Source of the DNA: Nanobdellota archaeon
GTDB lineage: Archaea > Nanobdellota > Nanobdellia > Woesearchaeales > WJKV01
NCBI GenBank assembly: GCA_023133595.1
Contig: JAGLWF010000005.1
Coordinates: forward strand, 29,640 to 93,639
Length of the DNA: 64,000 bases
Direction: 5' to 3'
The translations under genes were made by a program, and so were the position numbers. Under the pieces are notes generated by a model. It saw only the letters and a list, made by a program, of their open reading frames with translations. It did no database searches and was not told where the DNA came from. Shown here piece after piece: positions 41,634 through 50,018 of the stretch. How positions within the stretch are numbered: position 1 is the stretch's first letter; every line of letters begins with the position of its first letter.

Positions 41634-41706
41634 TGGGTCCACCCGGATTCGAACCGGGGACCTACGCCGTGTAAGGGCGTTGTCATAACCACTAGACTAT
41701 GGACCC
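41634..41706 (-). tRNA. tRNA-Val(TAC)
   Basis: GGGTCCA acceptor, ACGCC-CT-TAC-AC-GGCGT, TTCGAAT; 73 nt. Confidence 0.97.
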
Positions 41707-41708
41707 AA

Positions 41709-41863
41709 TGAGCCCGAGGGGACTTTCATAGAAACAAAAGGGTTTTGGATTAAAAGTTTTCTGCTTCTGTTTTGAACCCCTGACCACTGGCTGTCTTAGT
41801 CAACTCTGATACCAGAGCGTGGACATATAAGACCAGCGCTCCACCAGACTAAGCTACGGGCTC
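41709..41863 (-). tRNA. tRNA-Ile(TAT) with two introns (33 nt at 37/38, 41793-41825; 48 nt at 59/60, 41723-41770)
   Basis: GAGCCCG/CGGGCTC acceptor, CTGGT-CT-TAT-A^A-GCCAG, AGGGG-TTCAAA^T-CCCCT. Both introns form BHB motifs; spliced length 74 nt. Confidence 0.9.
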
Positions 41864-41960
41864 GTGATTATGTCTGATAGTCAAATGGTTGCTTATAAAA
41901 GTTGCGATATAAAAACCGCAATAAGCTTTATATATGGGCTCTTTTTCCTTATACATATTG

Positions 41961-42000
41961 AGGGGATGCTTCCCGCATTGACTATCCTGTGGATAGGAGG
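41961..42000 (+). promoter_or_regulatory. Candidate L1 autoregulatory leader of rpl1-rpl10-rpl12
   Basis: GGG-GA-UGC-loop-GCA-UUGA-CU-AUCC resembles the L1-binding RNA motif; a competing hairpin CTATCC/GGATAG abuts GGAGG. Confidence 0.4.
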
Positions 42001-42008
42001 AGAAAGCT

Positions 42009-42650
42009 ATGGAAATCAAGCAAATTCAAGCTGCTATCAATAAAGCACGTGACGCTTCTAGAAAACGTAAGTTTAATCAGACTTTTGATCTAATTGTAAA
42101 TCTAAAAAATATTGACCTGAAAAAAAATAAAGTGGAGATCTTTGTGGATCTGCACCATGAGAAAGGAAAGAAGATCAAGGTCTGCGCTCTAGTTGGTCCT
42201 GAATTGTTGGATCAGGCAAAAACAGCTTGCGACCATGCGATTGTCTCTGAAGATTTTGGAGATCTGGATAAAAAGAAAATAAAAGAGCTGGCAAAGACTT
42301 ACGATTTCTTTATCGCACAGGCAACCATAATGCCGAAGATTGCTCAGACTTTCGGACGTGTATTCGGTCCGCTGGGGAAGATGCCTAATCCAAAAGCAGG
42401 TTGTATTGTACCGCCTACAGCAAACCTTAAACCACTATATGAAAAATTGCAGAGATTGGTTAAAGTAAGTGCACAAAAACAACCAGTTATACAATGCGCA
42501 ATTGGAACAGAAAATCTTGATGATGCGATAATCGCTGATAATTATCTGACAATTTACAAAGCACTGATCACAAACCTGCCTAATAGAGAAAATAATATCA
42601 AAAAAGGTTTCATCAAACTGACAATGGGGCCTGCAGTAGGAGTTGAATAA
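42009..42650 (+). CDS. rpl1: 50S ribosomal protein L1
   Basis: RKFNQTFDLIVNLK, FFIAQA, GPLGKMP, KLTMGP. Confidence 0.97.
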   Translation: MEIKQIQAAINKARDASRKRKFNQTFDLIVNLKNIDLKKNKVEIFVDLHHEKGKKIKVCALVGPELLDQAKTACDHAIVSEDFGDLDKKKIKELAKTYDFFIAQATIMPKIAQTFGRVFGPLGKMPNPKAGCIVPPTANLKPLYEKLQRLVKVSAQKQPVIQCAIGTENLDDAIIADNYLTIYKALITNLPNRENNIKKGFIKLTMGPAVGVE

Positions 42651-42651
42651 A

Positions 42652-43500
42652 ATGCCAGCAGATTGGAAAAAACGATTGATAAAGGAATATGAAAAATTAA
42701 TAGAAGAATATCCAGTCATTGGCATCGTTGATTTTACTTCATTGCCAGTTCTTCAGCTGCAGCAGATGAGAGAAAAATTGAGAAAAGATGTTGTTGTAAG
42801 AGGCGGAAGAAAAAAATTATTCGGACGTGCAATCGATAATATGAACAAGAAGATTGCAGGACTTGAAAAATTAAAGGAATATGCTGAAAAAGGATTACCC
42901 GGACTCATATTCACAAAAGAAAATCCATTCTCGTTATACAAAAAATTGCAGAAATCCAAGAGTTCTGCGCCTGCAAAAGCAGGACAGATCGCACCTAAAG
43001 ACATCGTTGTTCCTGCAGGGCCAACAAGCTTCTCACCAGGTCCGATTATTGGTGAGCTGGGAAGTGCAGGAATTAAAGCCGGAATCGAGGGTGGAAAAGT
43101 TGTGATAAAAGCAGATTCAACTGTTGTAAAAGAAGGTGAAGTGATAAAAGCACAGGTTGCTGGTTTGCTTTCACGTTTAGGTATTAATCCGATGGAGATC
43201 GGCCTGAACATTGTTGCTATTTTTGAAGCAGGAACAGTATATCCTAAGTCTGTGCTTGCAATTGACGAAGACAAGTTTATGAGTGACTTGACAACAGCGG
43301 GACAGTGGGCGTTCAATCTTGCAATGAATGCAGGAATATTGACTAAAGAGACAACAGAATTAATGATAACCAAAGCATTTAACGATGCTAAAGCTTTGGC
43401 ATTGGCACAAGAAATTATGGCTGATGCTGTTACAGAAGAGTTGCTTGCCAAAGCAAACGCACAAATGCAGTCTGTGAAGCAGACAGCAAAAATTGAGTGA
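42652..43500 (+). CDS. rpl10: 50S ribosomal protein L10/P0
   Basis: WKK, QLQQMR, APAKAG..AP.DI.VPAGPT..PGP, LGINPM. Confidence 0.96.
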   Translation: MPADWKKRLIKEYEKLIEEYPVIGIVDFTSLPVLQLQQMREKLRKDVVVRGGRKKLFGRAIDNMNKKIAGLEKLKEYAEKGLPGLIFTKENPFSLYKKLQKSKSSAPAKAGQIAPKDIVVPAGPTSFSPGPIIGELGSAGIKAGIEGGKVVIKADSTVVKEGEVIKAQVAGLLSRLGINPMEIGLNIVAIFEAGTVYPKSVLAIDEDKFMSDLTTAGQWAFNLAMNAGILTKETTELMITKAFNDAKALALAQEIMADAVTEELLAKANAQMQSVKQTAKIE

Positions 43501-43542
43501 TATTTTCCAATCATGGTTGAGAAATATCAGGAGGTCAGAAAA

Positions 43543-43854
43543 ATGGAATACATCTATGCCGCGATGTTGATTCATAAAGCAGGGAAAAAGATAGATGAAG
43601 AAACACTTAAGAAAGTATTGAGTGCAGCTGGAGCAACTGCCGACGAGGCTCGAGTTAAAGCTACTGTTGCAGCTCTTGACGGTGTTAATATTGATGAAGC
43701 TATTACCAAAGCAGCTATTGCAGCACCTGTCGCTGCTGCCGCACCAAGCGCAGCACCAGCAGAAGGTGATAAAGCAAAGAAGAAAGAAAAGCCTAAAGAC
43801 GAAGGGAAATCAGAAGCAGAAGCAGCTGCAGGACTGGGTAGCCTATTCGGTTAA
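43543..43854 (+). CDS. rpl12: 50S ribosomal protein L12/P1
   Basis: [22 protein letters not shown]-terminus; GGAGGT SD. Confidence 0.97.
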   Translation: MEYIYAAMLIHKAGKKIDEETLKKVLSAAGATADEARVKATVAALDGVNIDEAITKAAIAAPVAAAAPSAAPAEGDKAKKKEKPKDEGKSEAEAAAGLGSLFG

Positions 43855-43924
43855 TTTTTTTATTTTATTTTTTTATTGACGACGACATTTTAGTGATTTC
43901 AAGTTGGATATGCCACTGATAAAA

Positions 43925-44812
43925 ATGGAAGAAAAGAACAAAAAAGATTTAAAAGCTTATGATCAGGAGATTGCCGGGCTCAAAGAGGTCTATAACAAAC
44001 TTTACATAGAGAAAGAGTCGTGGGCAAAGAAAAAATCCGAGATAGGTCAAAAGATTTCTGAGATTATCACTGAGATCAAGCGTATGAAACAGAGCAGAAG
44101 AAGCTATAATAAATTGATACAAGACCTGAAAAAAGAGCGTGATAAGAAGAATGCTCTGGTCAAGGAACATATAGATAAAATAAAAGAACTGGAGAAAAAG
44201 AAGAAGGATATGTCGAGAGGACTGAAAGTAAATCCTATGGCTCTGAAAAGAGAGATAGATAATCTAAATACAAAGATGGAGACAGAAGTTCTATCGATGA
44301 ACAAAGAGAAAGCATTGATGAAAAAGATAAAAGCGCTGAAAAAAGAATATGGAAAGGTCGCAGAAGTTGTCAAAGTCCTTGAAGAAGCCGAAAAAGTAGA
44401 GAAGATAATCAAAGAGAAAAGAAAAGATGCAAAAGAGATCCACGATAAAGTGCAGGAGATGGCAAAGAAAAGCGAGGAGCGCCATCAGAACGTCCTCGAG
44501 ATGGCAAAGAAAGTCGACGAACTAAGAGAACAGGAAGAAGCTGTTGCTAAACAGTTCCAGAAGAAAAAAGAGGAATGCGCAGTATTAGAGAAGAAATTAA
44601 AGATAAATCTTGAAAAAGCAACAGAGATCAAAGGAAGAGAGAGGAAAAAGAGACAAGCAAAAAAGAGAGTTGCTGAGAAGAAAGCGCAAGAGACAATAAA
44701 AGCAAAATCTCAAGAGGCTGAAGAGAAACTAAAAAAGAGACAAAAATTGACAACAGAGGACCTTCTAGCGCTTCAAGCTAAAGAAGATAGAGATACTAAA
44801 AAGAAGAAATAA
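43925..44812 (+). CDS. Archaeal coiled-coil protein (COG1340-like)
   Basis: K/E-rich heptads, ETEVLS..KE, KLTTEDLLALQ C-terminus. Confidence 0.8.
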   Translation: MEEKNKKDLKAYDQEIAGLKEVYNKLYIEKESWAKKKSEIGQKISEIITEIKRMKQSRRSYNKLIQDLKKERDKKNALVKEHIDKIKELEKKKKDMSRGLKVNPMALKREIDNLNTKMETEVLSMNKEKALMKKIKALKKEYGKVAEVVKVLEEAEKVEKIIKEKRKDAKEIHDKVQEMAKKSEERHQNVLEMAKKVDELREQEEAVAKQFQKKKEECAVLEKKLKINLEKATEIKGRERKKRQAKKRVAEKKAQETIKAKSQEAEEKLKKRQKLTTEDLLALQAKEDRDTKKKK

Positions 44813-44815
44813 TTC

Positions 44816-45028
44816 TTATTTTGATTTGAATTCTGTAAAACCACACTGTCCGCAGGTCATTCGATCTTTATGCTCAGCCAGGAACACAGCCCTTCCGCAT
44901 TTAGGACATGTCCTGTTCTTTCGTTTTACAGAAGTTCCAGAAACTTCGTATCTAGTGTTAGCGTGCTTTCTTTTCTTTGGTGTTTTAGGTTTACTTTCCT
45001 TTGTTTTCCTTTTTTTCTTTTTTGCCAT
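44816..45028 (-). CDS. rps27ae: 30S ribosomal protein S27ae
   Basis: CPKCG..VFLAEHKDR..CGQCG. Confidence 0.95.
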   Translation of the reverse strand: MAKKKKRKTKESKPKTPKKRKHANTRYEVSGTSVKRKNRTCPKCGRAVFLAEHKDRMTCGQCGFTEFKSK

Positions 45029-45030
45029 CT

Positions 45031-45435
45031 TTATGCAGCCTCAGCCTTTTCTTCCTTCTTCACAGCAGGCGTTTCAACAGGCTTCTCTGCTGGAGCTTCT
45101 TCTTTCTTCTCAGCAGGTGCAGCTTCTGTAGGTTTTTCCTCTGCAGGCTTCTCCTCTTTCTTAGGAGTGTTTCTCTTGATTACTTTTTCTGTCTCTGCCT
45201 TTTTCAGGCTTTCAGCATCTTTGTAAACGCGAACTTCAACTTTTCCGGATTTTGATCCGAACTCTGAGAAAATATTCTTGACAACAACAAGATCCTCTTT
45301 CACACCGAGCTGCGCTGCGATCCTATTCTTCAATTCAAGGATTGAGGGAGTAGCACCGTCAAATTCGCACTTTGCGATTATAGTCTCTCGTTGAAATAAT
45401 GCTTCGTCTTTCTTCTCGATAATATCAATCTTCAT
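45031..45435 (-). CDS. rps24e: 30S ribosomal protein S24e
   Basis: LFQRE, GATPS, SEFG, VYKD; acidic P/A-rich tail. Confidence 0.92.
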   Translation of the reverse strand: MKIDIIEKKDEALFQRETIIAKCEFDGATPSILELKNRIAAQLGVKEDLVVVKNIFSEFGSKSGKVEVRVYKDAESLKKAETEKVIKRNTPKKEEKPAEEKPTEAAPAEKKEEAPAEKPVETPAVKKEEKAEAA

Positions 45436-45437
45436 TT

Positions 45438-45620
45438 TTATCTTACTTTAATTGCATATTCACCTGCAATTGTCGCTCCTATTTTTTTCGCTATCTCACT
45501 CTTTTCAGGATCTAATATGATAATACGGCCTTTCCAATTGGTTGAAAATTGATTTTTCTTGCAAATAGGACATACGTCTCCAGTGACAAACAGTTTACAG
45601 CCTTTGCATACCTTTTTCAT
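45438..45620 (-). CDS. spt4: Transcription elongation factor Spt4 (RpoE'')
   Basis: CKGC..CPIC, WKG..IILDPEKSEIAK, GEYAIKVR. Confidence 0.95.
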   Translation of the reverse strand: MKKVCKGCKLFVTGDVCPICKKNQFSTNWKGRIIILDPEKSEIAKKIGATIAGEYAIKVR

Positions 45621-45628
45621 TTTCACAC

Positions 45629-46228
45629 CTATTTCTTCTTCTTTGTTTCTTTCTTAGCAGGTTTTTCTTCTGGTTCTGCTTTTCCTGACTTTTTCTCGGC
45701 ATCTTCCTTTATCCATTCAATTTTCCCAAGACCAGCCTGTCTCATTGTGATACCTATCTTCGGATTTGAGATGTCTTTGAATGATGCTGCGATTATCCGT
45801 GCTCTGCAGTCGTCTCCGATTTTCAAGACACGTTTACTATCTCTTCCTGTAAGTACTTTTTCTTTTGCAAATGAAACAAAATCATCCATTGTCTGTGAGA
45901 TATGTATCATCCCGTCCATTGGACCTAAATTGATGAACGCACCAAAATCAGCCATATCTTTTATTTTTCCAAGGACAACTTCCTGCATCTCTGGCTGGAA
46001 CGTGAATAATGTGAATGTTGTCGGATAGTAAGGCGCACCGTCACCAGGTACAATAACTCCTGTTCCAATACCCTCGATATCACCAACTTCAATCACAGAA
46101 CCAAGACTTTTGGATATGTATCCTTCGTATTTTTCTCTTAGTTGTTTGAATACAGCTTTTTTCACGTCTTCTCCAAGCAGTGTCGGAGGAATACGGATGT
46201 GGTCTTTTAATTTTACAGTGTAAAACAT
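45629..46228 (-). CDS. rpoE: RNA polymerase subunit Rpo7 (RpoE')
   Basis: IRIPP, PGDGA, FGAFINLGPMDGMIHISQ, TMRQAGLGK. Confidence 0.96.
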   Translation of the reverse strand: MFYTVKLKDHIRIPPTLLGEDVKKAVFKQLREKYEGYISKSLGSVIEVGDIEGIGTGVIVPGDGAPYYPTTFTLFTFQPEMQEVVLGKIKDMADFGAFINLGPMDGMIHISQTMDDFVSFAKEKVLTGRDSKRVLKIGDDCRARIIAASFKDISNPKIGITMRQAGLGKIEWIKEDAEKKSGKAEPEEKPAKKETKKKK

Positions 46229-46235
46229 TTTTCCC

Positions 46236-46622
46236 TCAATCAATTATTACGTATTTTTTCTGCCTCAGAAGGATAATCTGAAGCTTTTTTGAATGTGCTT
46301 TTTTCTTTAATGGAATATCCTGAGTTGCTATCAGATATCCGCCTTTCTCTGCAATTTTCAGGATGAGCTCGTCCACATTTTTAAAAGTTTGCGTTTTTGA
46401 GCTCAAAATCTTTATCCTGAATTTCTTCACGAACTGTTTGCCCAGCTTCGCTGCCTTCTGAAATTTCGGCGCTTTCTTGGCAATGATGGTGTCCAGCTCG
46501 TCCATTGTCTTGTCGACGATGAAAAACCGCGCTCGGGGATCCAGATCTCTAATCATGGAAAATATATCAACCCCCAGTGTACCTGGAATTAGCAGGAAAT
46601 TTGTATCCAAGATGATTTTCAT
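46236..46622 (-). CDS. PIN-domain protein (Fcf1/Utp24-like)
   Basis: ILDTNFL, VDELI, IATQD..L, LRQKKY; typical location upstream of rpoE. Confidence 0.88.
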   Translation of the reverse strand: MKIILDTNFLLIPGTLGVDIFSMIRDLDPRARFFIVDKTMDELDTIIAKKAPKFQKAAKLGKQFVKKFRIKILSSKTQTFKNVDELILKIAEKGGYLIATQDIPLKKKAHSKKLQIILLRQKKYVIID

Positions 46623-46718
46623 TGAATCATATATAGGGTCTCGAATCGGTTTATAAAGGTTGTGTTAAAAAGGGCTGAAACCGACAGATATTTATATCAC
46701 TATGCCACAAATAAGCAG

Positions 46719-47735
46719 ATGAAAAAAGCATCGATTGCTCTGATACTCATTACTGTTCTCTTACTTTTCACATTAAGCGGATGTACACCCATAGGTAAAG
46801 CTGGGTGGGCGACTAGGCAGAGTATAGGCAATATTACGCAAGATGTAATAATTCAGCAATGTGTCGATTCAGACGGAAAACAAATCGACCCTTACACTCA
46901 AAATTATGTAACCTATAACAATCAAAGATATTATGATAGATGCATAGCTGGCGGAAGTGGCATAATGGAAGAGGCAACATGCACTAGAAATACATTAGTC
47001 TACCAACAATATCCTTGCGGCAAAGAAGGAAATATATGCTATAATGGCGCTTGTGTAAAACCTGGAGAATGTGCAATACCTCTTGACTGTGGATTAGATG
47101 AACCTGTAGGAATGCCATATTGTCGGGGAAATGATATTGCATTGGATTTCCGTATCTTTGAATGTAATCCGCAAGGAAATATAGCTTTTATAGCTCCAGG
47201 AGCAATATGTACAGATAAAATAACAAGATTAAAACTCCATACCTGTTCAAACAGCACACAATGTGATGGAGGAACATGTCTAACTCCTTGCAAAAGTGAC
47301 AATGATTGCACATCTGGATCAACAGATAAATGCATAAGAGGATTCTGCACAGTAGATAATACATATTATACATATTGTTATGATTCCGACCATACCAAAC
47401 CCAATATAGATTTACTAAATGATTATTCTTTTATGATTCCTTCAACAACAATCAGGATTACACCACCTCAAGAAGGGGCGCCAACAGTTATGTATTTCAA
47501 TGATTTTTGTGATATACTAGTAAGAATTGGGGGAAAAGTGCAACCTGGAGTAGTTAATCCTAATCCTACAGTTGTTGAGGAACACTATTGTCAAAATAAT
47601 CAAGTTAGAATCCATCATACAGTAGAGTGTTCAAATCTTCAACCAATAGGAACATATCAAAGTTGCCAGTTCTATAGAAGCCATCAAACTAATCGATATG
47701 TGGGTTGGCCAGCAAATATAGGTGCTTGTAGTTGA
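46719..47735 (+). CDS. Cys-rich exported protein/lipoprotein
   Basis: LSGC lipobox-like signal, CVDSDG and CYDSD repeats, more than 20 Cys. Confidence 0.72.
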   Translation: MKKASIALILITVLLLFTLSGCTPIGKAGWATRQSIGNITQDVIIQQCVDSDGKQIDPYTQNYVTYNNQRYYDRCIAGGSGIMEEATCTRNTLVYQQYPCGKEGNICYNGACVKPGECAIPLDCGLDEPVGMPYCRGNDIALDFRIFECNPQGNIAFIAPGAICTDKITRLKLHTCSNSTQCDGGTCLTPCKSDNDCTSGSTDKCIRGFCTVDNTYYTYCYDSDHTKPNIDLLNDYSFMIPSTTIRITPPQEGAPTVMYFNDFCDILVRIGGKVQPGVVNPNPTVVEEHYCQNNQVRIHHTVECSNLQPIGTYQSCQFYRSHQTNRYVGWPANIGACS

Positions 47736-47815
47736 TCCTTGAGTATTAAAATAACTCAATATCATTCCGAAATCCTTTTATATTGAGTTCCATCCTTCGC
47801 CTTATCGGAGAGGAA

Positions 47816-49618
47816 ATGGGGAAGATACAAGAACTGCCAATAGATCTCATCAACAAGATCGCAGCTGGCGAAGTCATTGAACGGCCTGCTTCTGTTGTCA
47901 AAGAATTGATAGAGAACTCTATAGATGCAGGTGCGCAGAATATTATTATTGAAGTGAAAGAAGGCGGCAAGTCTTTTATCCGCATCCAGGATGATGGTTC
48001 TGGCATGTCATCAGAAGATGCAGAGCTCGCAATAAAAAAACATACAACTTCTAAGATAAAAACATCAGGAGATCTGTTTCGTATCTCATCTTTAGGCTTT
48101 CGCGGTGAAGCTTTGGCATCGATCGCAGCAGTTTCCCGCATGGAAATGCTCACAAAAACACAATTAGACACAGAAGGTCTCGAGCTCGAGATTGAAAACG
48201 GGGAGATAAAAAATAAAAAACCAGCTGGAGTGCCGATCGGGACAACAATCAAGATTTATGGTTTATTTTACAACACTCCTGCACGAAAAAAGTATATGAA
48301 AGATATCCCTGTTGAATTCTCGCACATTGCAGATGTTGTGACAAAGTACGCGCTTGCATATCAAGGGATCGGCTTCAGGTTAGTGCACAATGGAAAAGAT
48401 ATTCTTTTTGCACCAAAAACTCCTGATAGATTAGGAAATGTTGTGAACATCTACGGACGCGAGCTTGCAAAAGAGATGATCCCTATCAATAAAGAGACTG
48501 AAAATTTCAAAGTGCGGGGCTTTATCGGCAAACCAACAATAAATCGCGCAGACAAATCAATGATCATCACGTTTATCAATCATCGTTACATCCGGAATCA
48601 AAAAATTAATGCAGCAATTGTGGATGCATATGCAAATCTCCTGAACACAGGACGTTATCCTATTGTAATTCTAAATTTTGAGATTCCAAAAGAAAAGATT
48701 GACGTGAATGTCCATCCAACAAAGATTGAAGTGCGGATCGAGAAAGAAGATATTGTCTGTTTTGAGATAAAGGATGCGATCAAATCAGAATTGGAATCAA
48801 TAAGTCTTGTTCCAAAAGCAGATCCAGCAAAACTAGTGCAATCACAAATACCAAGCTCATTACCACAGACAGATATTAGAAATATTCTACGGAACAAAGA
48901 AGCATTATTAAATCAAATGGAACAGTTTAAGAACAGACCTATCGATGTCGAGCAAAGCACACAGAAACAATTGACACTGAGCGAGAAAGAAGGTATTGTG
49001 ATCACACCGATCACAGTTGAAAATGCGGCGTACAATGTTATTGGTAGAATTCATAAAACATACATCCTAGTTGAAACAATGAATGGCCTGCGCCTGATAG
49101 ACCAGCATGCTGCACACGAACGTATTGTTTACGAAGAAGTTCTTGAAAAATATTCAAAGAATGCTGTGAAAGTCCAGGAATTGCTCCAGCCAGTGCAGCT
49201 GAAACTGAATATTGCAGAGCATGTCCTTGTGAAAAACAACAAAGAGAAGCTGAAAGAGTTCGGATTCACACTGGATGAGATCAGTGGAAATACTCTGGTC
49301 CTGCGGACAGCACCTTCAATCCTGGGAAAGCAGCAGAGTCCAGAACTGTTCATGGACCTGGTTGCAGAACTGAAAAAGGAGAAGGATAAGAAGATTTCAA
49401 CTATCACAGAAGATATTCTTGCCCGGGTCGCGTGCAGAAGAGCTGTAAAAGCCGGAGACATCCTGGAAAAAGTAGAGATGTCAACTCTTGTAAAGCAGTT
49501 GATGCAGTGCAAACAACCTCATTCATGCCCGCATGGCAGACCGACAATGATAGATTTCACAATCCGTGACCTTGAGAAAAGTTTCAACAGGATTCGTGGA
49601 TTTGAAACTAATGCCTAA
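47816..49618 (+). CDS. mutL: DNA mismatch repair endonuclease MutL
   Basis: IAAGEVIERPASVVKELIENSIDAGA, GFRGEALASI, DVNVHPTK, DQHAAHER, CPHGRP. Confidence 0.97.
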   Translation: MGKIQELPIDLINKIAAGEVIERPASVVKELIENSIDAGAQNIIIEVKEGGKSFIRIQDDGSGMSSEDAELAIKKHTTSKIKTSGDLFRISSLGFRGEALASIAAVSRMEMLTKTQLDTEGLELEIENGEIKNKKPAGVPIGTTIKIYGLFYNTPARKKYMKDIPVEFSHIADVVTKYALAYQGIGFRLVHNGKDILFAPKTPDRLGNVVNIYGRELAKEMIPINKETENFKVRGFIGKPTINRADKSMIITFINHRYIRNQKINAAIVDAYANLLNTGRYPIVILNFEIPKEKIDVNVHPTKIEVRIEKEDIVCFEIKDAIKSELESISLVPKADPAKLVQSQIPSSLPQTDIRNILRNKEALLNQMEQFKNRPIDVEQSTQKQLTLSEKEGIVITPITVENAAYNVIGRIHKTYILVETMNGLRLIDQHAAHERIVYEEVLEKYSKNAVKVQELLQPVQLKLNIAEHVLVKNNKEKLKEFGFTLDEISGNTLVLRTAPSILGKQQSPELFMDLVAELKKEKDKKISTITEDILARVACRRAVKAGDILEKVEMSTLVKQLMQCKQPHSCPHGRPTMIDFTIRDLEKSFNRIRGFETNA

Positions 49619-49621
49619 TTC

Positions 49622-49723
49622 TAGCCATTGCTGCCAAGTGTAGCCTTCTGATTTTTGTATACGAGATACATAGACTCGGTTTCTAAAACAAATGATCATA
49701 CTAGTGAAACGCAGCAATGGCTA
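49622..49723. repeat. 102-bp element with 13-bp terminal inverted repeats (MITE-like or hairpin RNA)
   Basis: TAGCCATTGCTGC ... GCAGCAATGGCTA. Confidence 0.5.
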
Positions 49724-49771
49724 AAAACAGTTAGAATTCTAAAAAAATAAAAGAAAAAAGGGGAAATCTAA

Positions 49772-49820
49772 CGAGAATCAAAGATTCTCGGAGATGCCAA
49801 TAACGAAGTTATTGAGCATC
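49772..49820. repeat. Twin-hairpin element (copy C)
   Basis: CGAGAATC-AAA-GATTCTCG and GATGC-CAATAAC-GAA-GTTATTG-A-GCATC. Confidence 0.55.
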
Positions 49821-49914
49821 AACTATCACCTCTTTTTCCCCACTGGAATATAAAGGGGATCTAAGTCCCCTCATCCCAAACCTTCAAAACCTTTTATGGC
49901 AAGCAGTTGAATAT

Positions 49915-49943
49915 AAAAAAATCCCTCTGATTATTCAGAGGGA
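49915..49943 (-). terminator. Hairpin plus T-tract downstream of ftsZ
   Basis: Minus strand TCCCTCTGA-ATAA-TCAGAGGGA-TTTTTTT. Confidence 0.6.
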
Positions 49944-50018
49944 CCAAAAGTGCCTTCTTAACCTAATATTGGGGGTATTGGGTAGAAAAAGGAAGGCATT
50001 TTAGCGTGCTTACCTAAT

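Noticed and set aside
47816-49618. mutL without adjacent mutS
   Set aside because: The two genes are often unlinked; mutS may lie outside the window.
49635-49730. C/D-box, H/ACA or hammerhead reading of the 102-bp unit (CTGA, ATGATCA, GAAAC, ACA)
   Set aside because: No proper C box or CUGANGA core, ACA spacing too long, and the putative rRNA guide match is only about 8 nt.
49778-49832. 13-codon minus-strand ORF (MLNNFVIGISENL) after GAGGTGA
   Set aside because: Lies wholly within the twin-hairpin element; too short to support.
49970-49992. ftsZ 3'-UTR TTTTTCTACCC nearly complementary to its own SD region
   Set aside because: Low-complexity match of about 10 nt, expected by chance.
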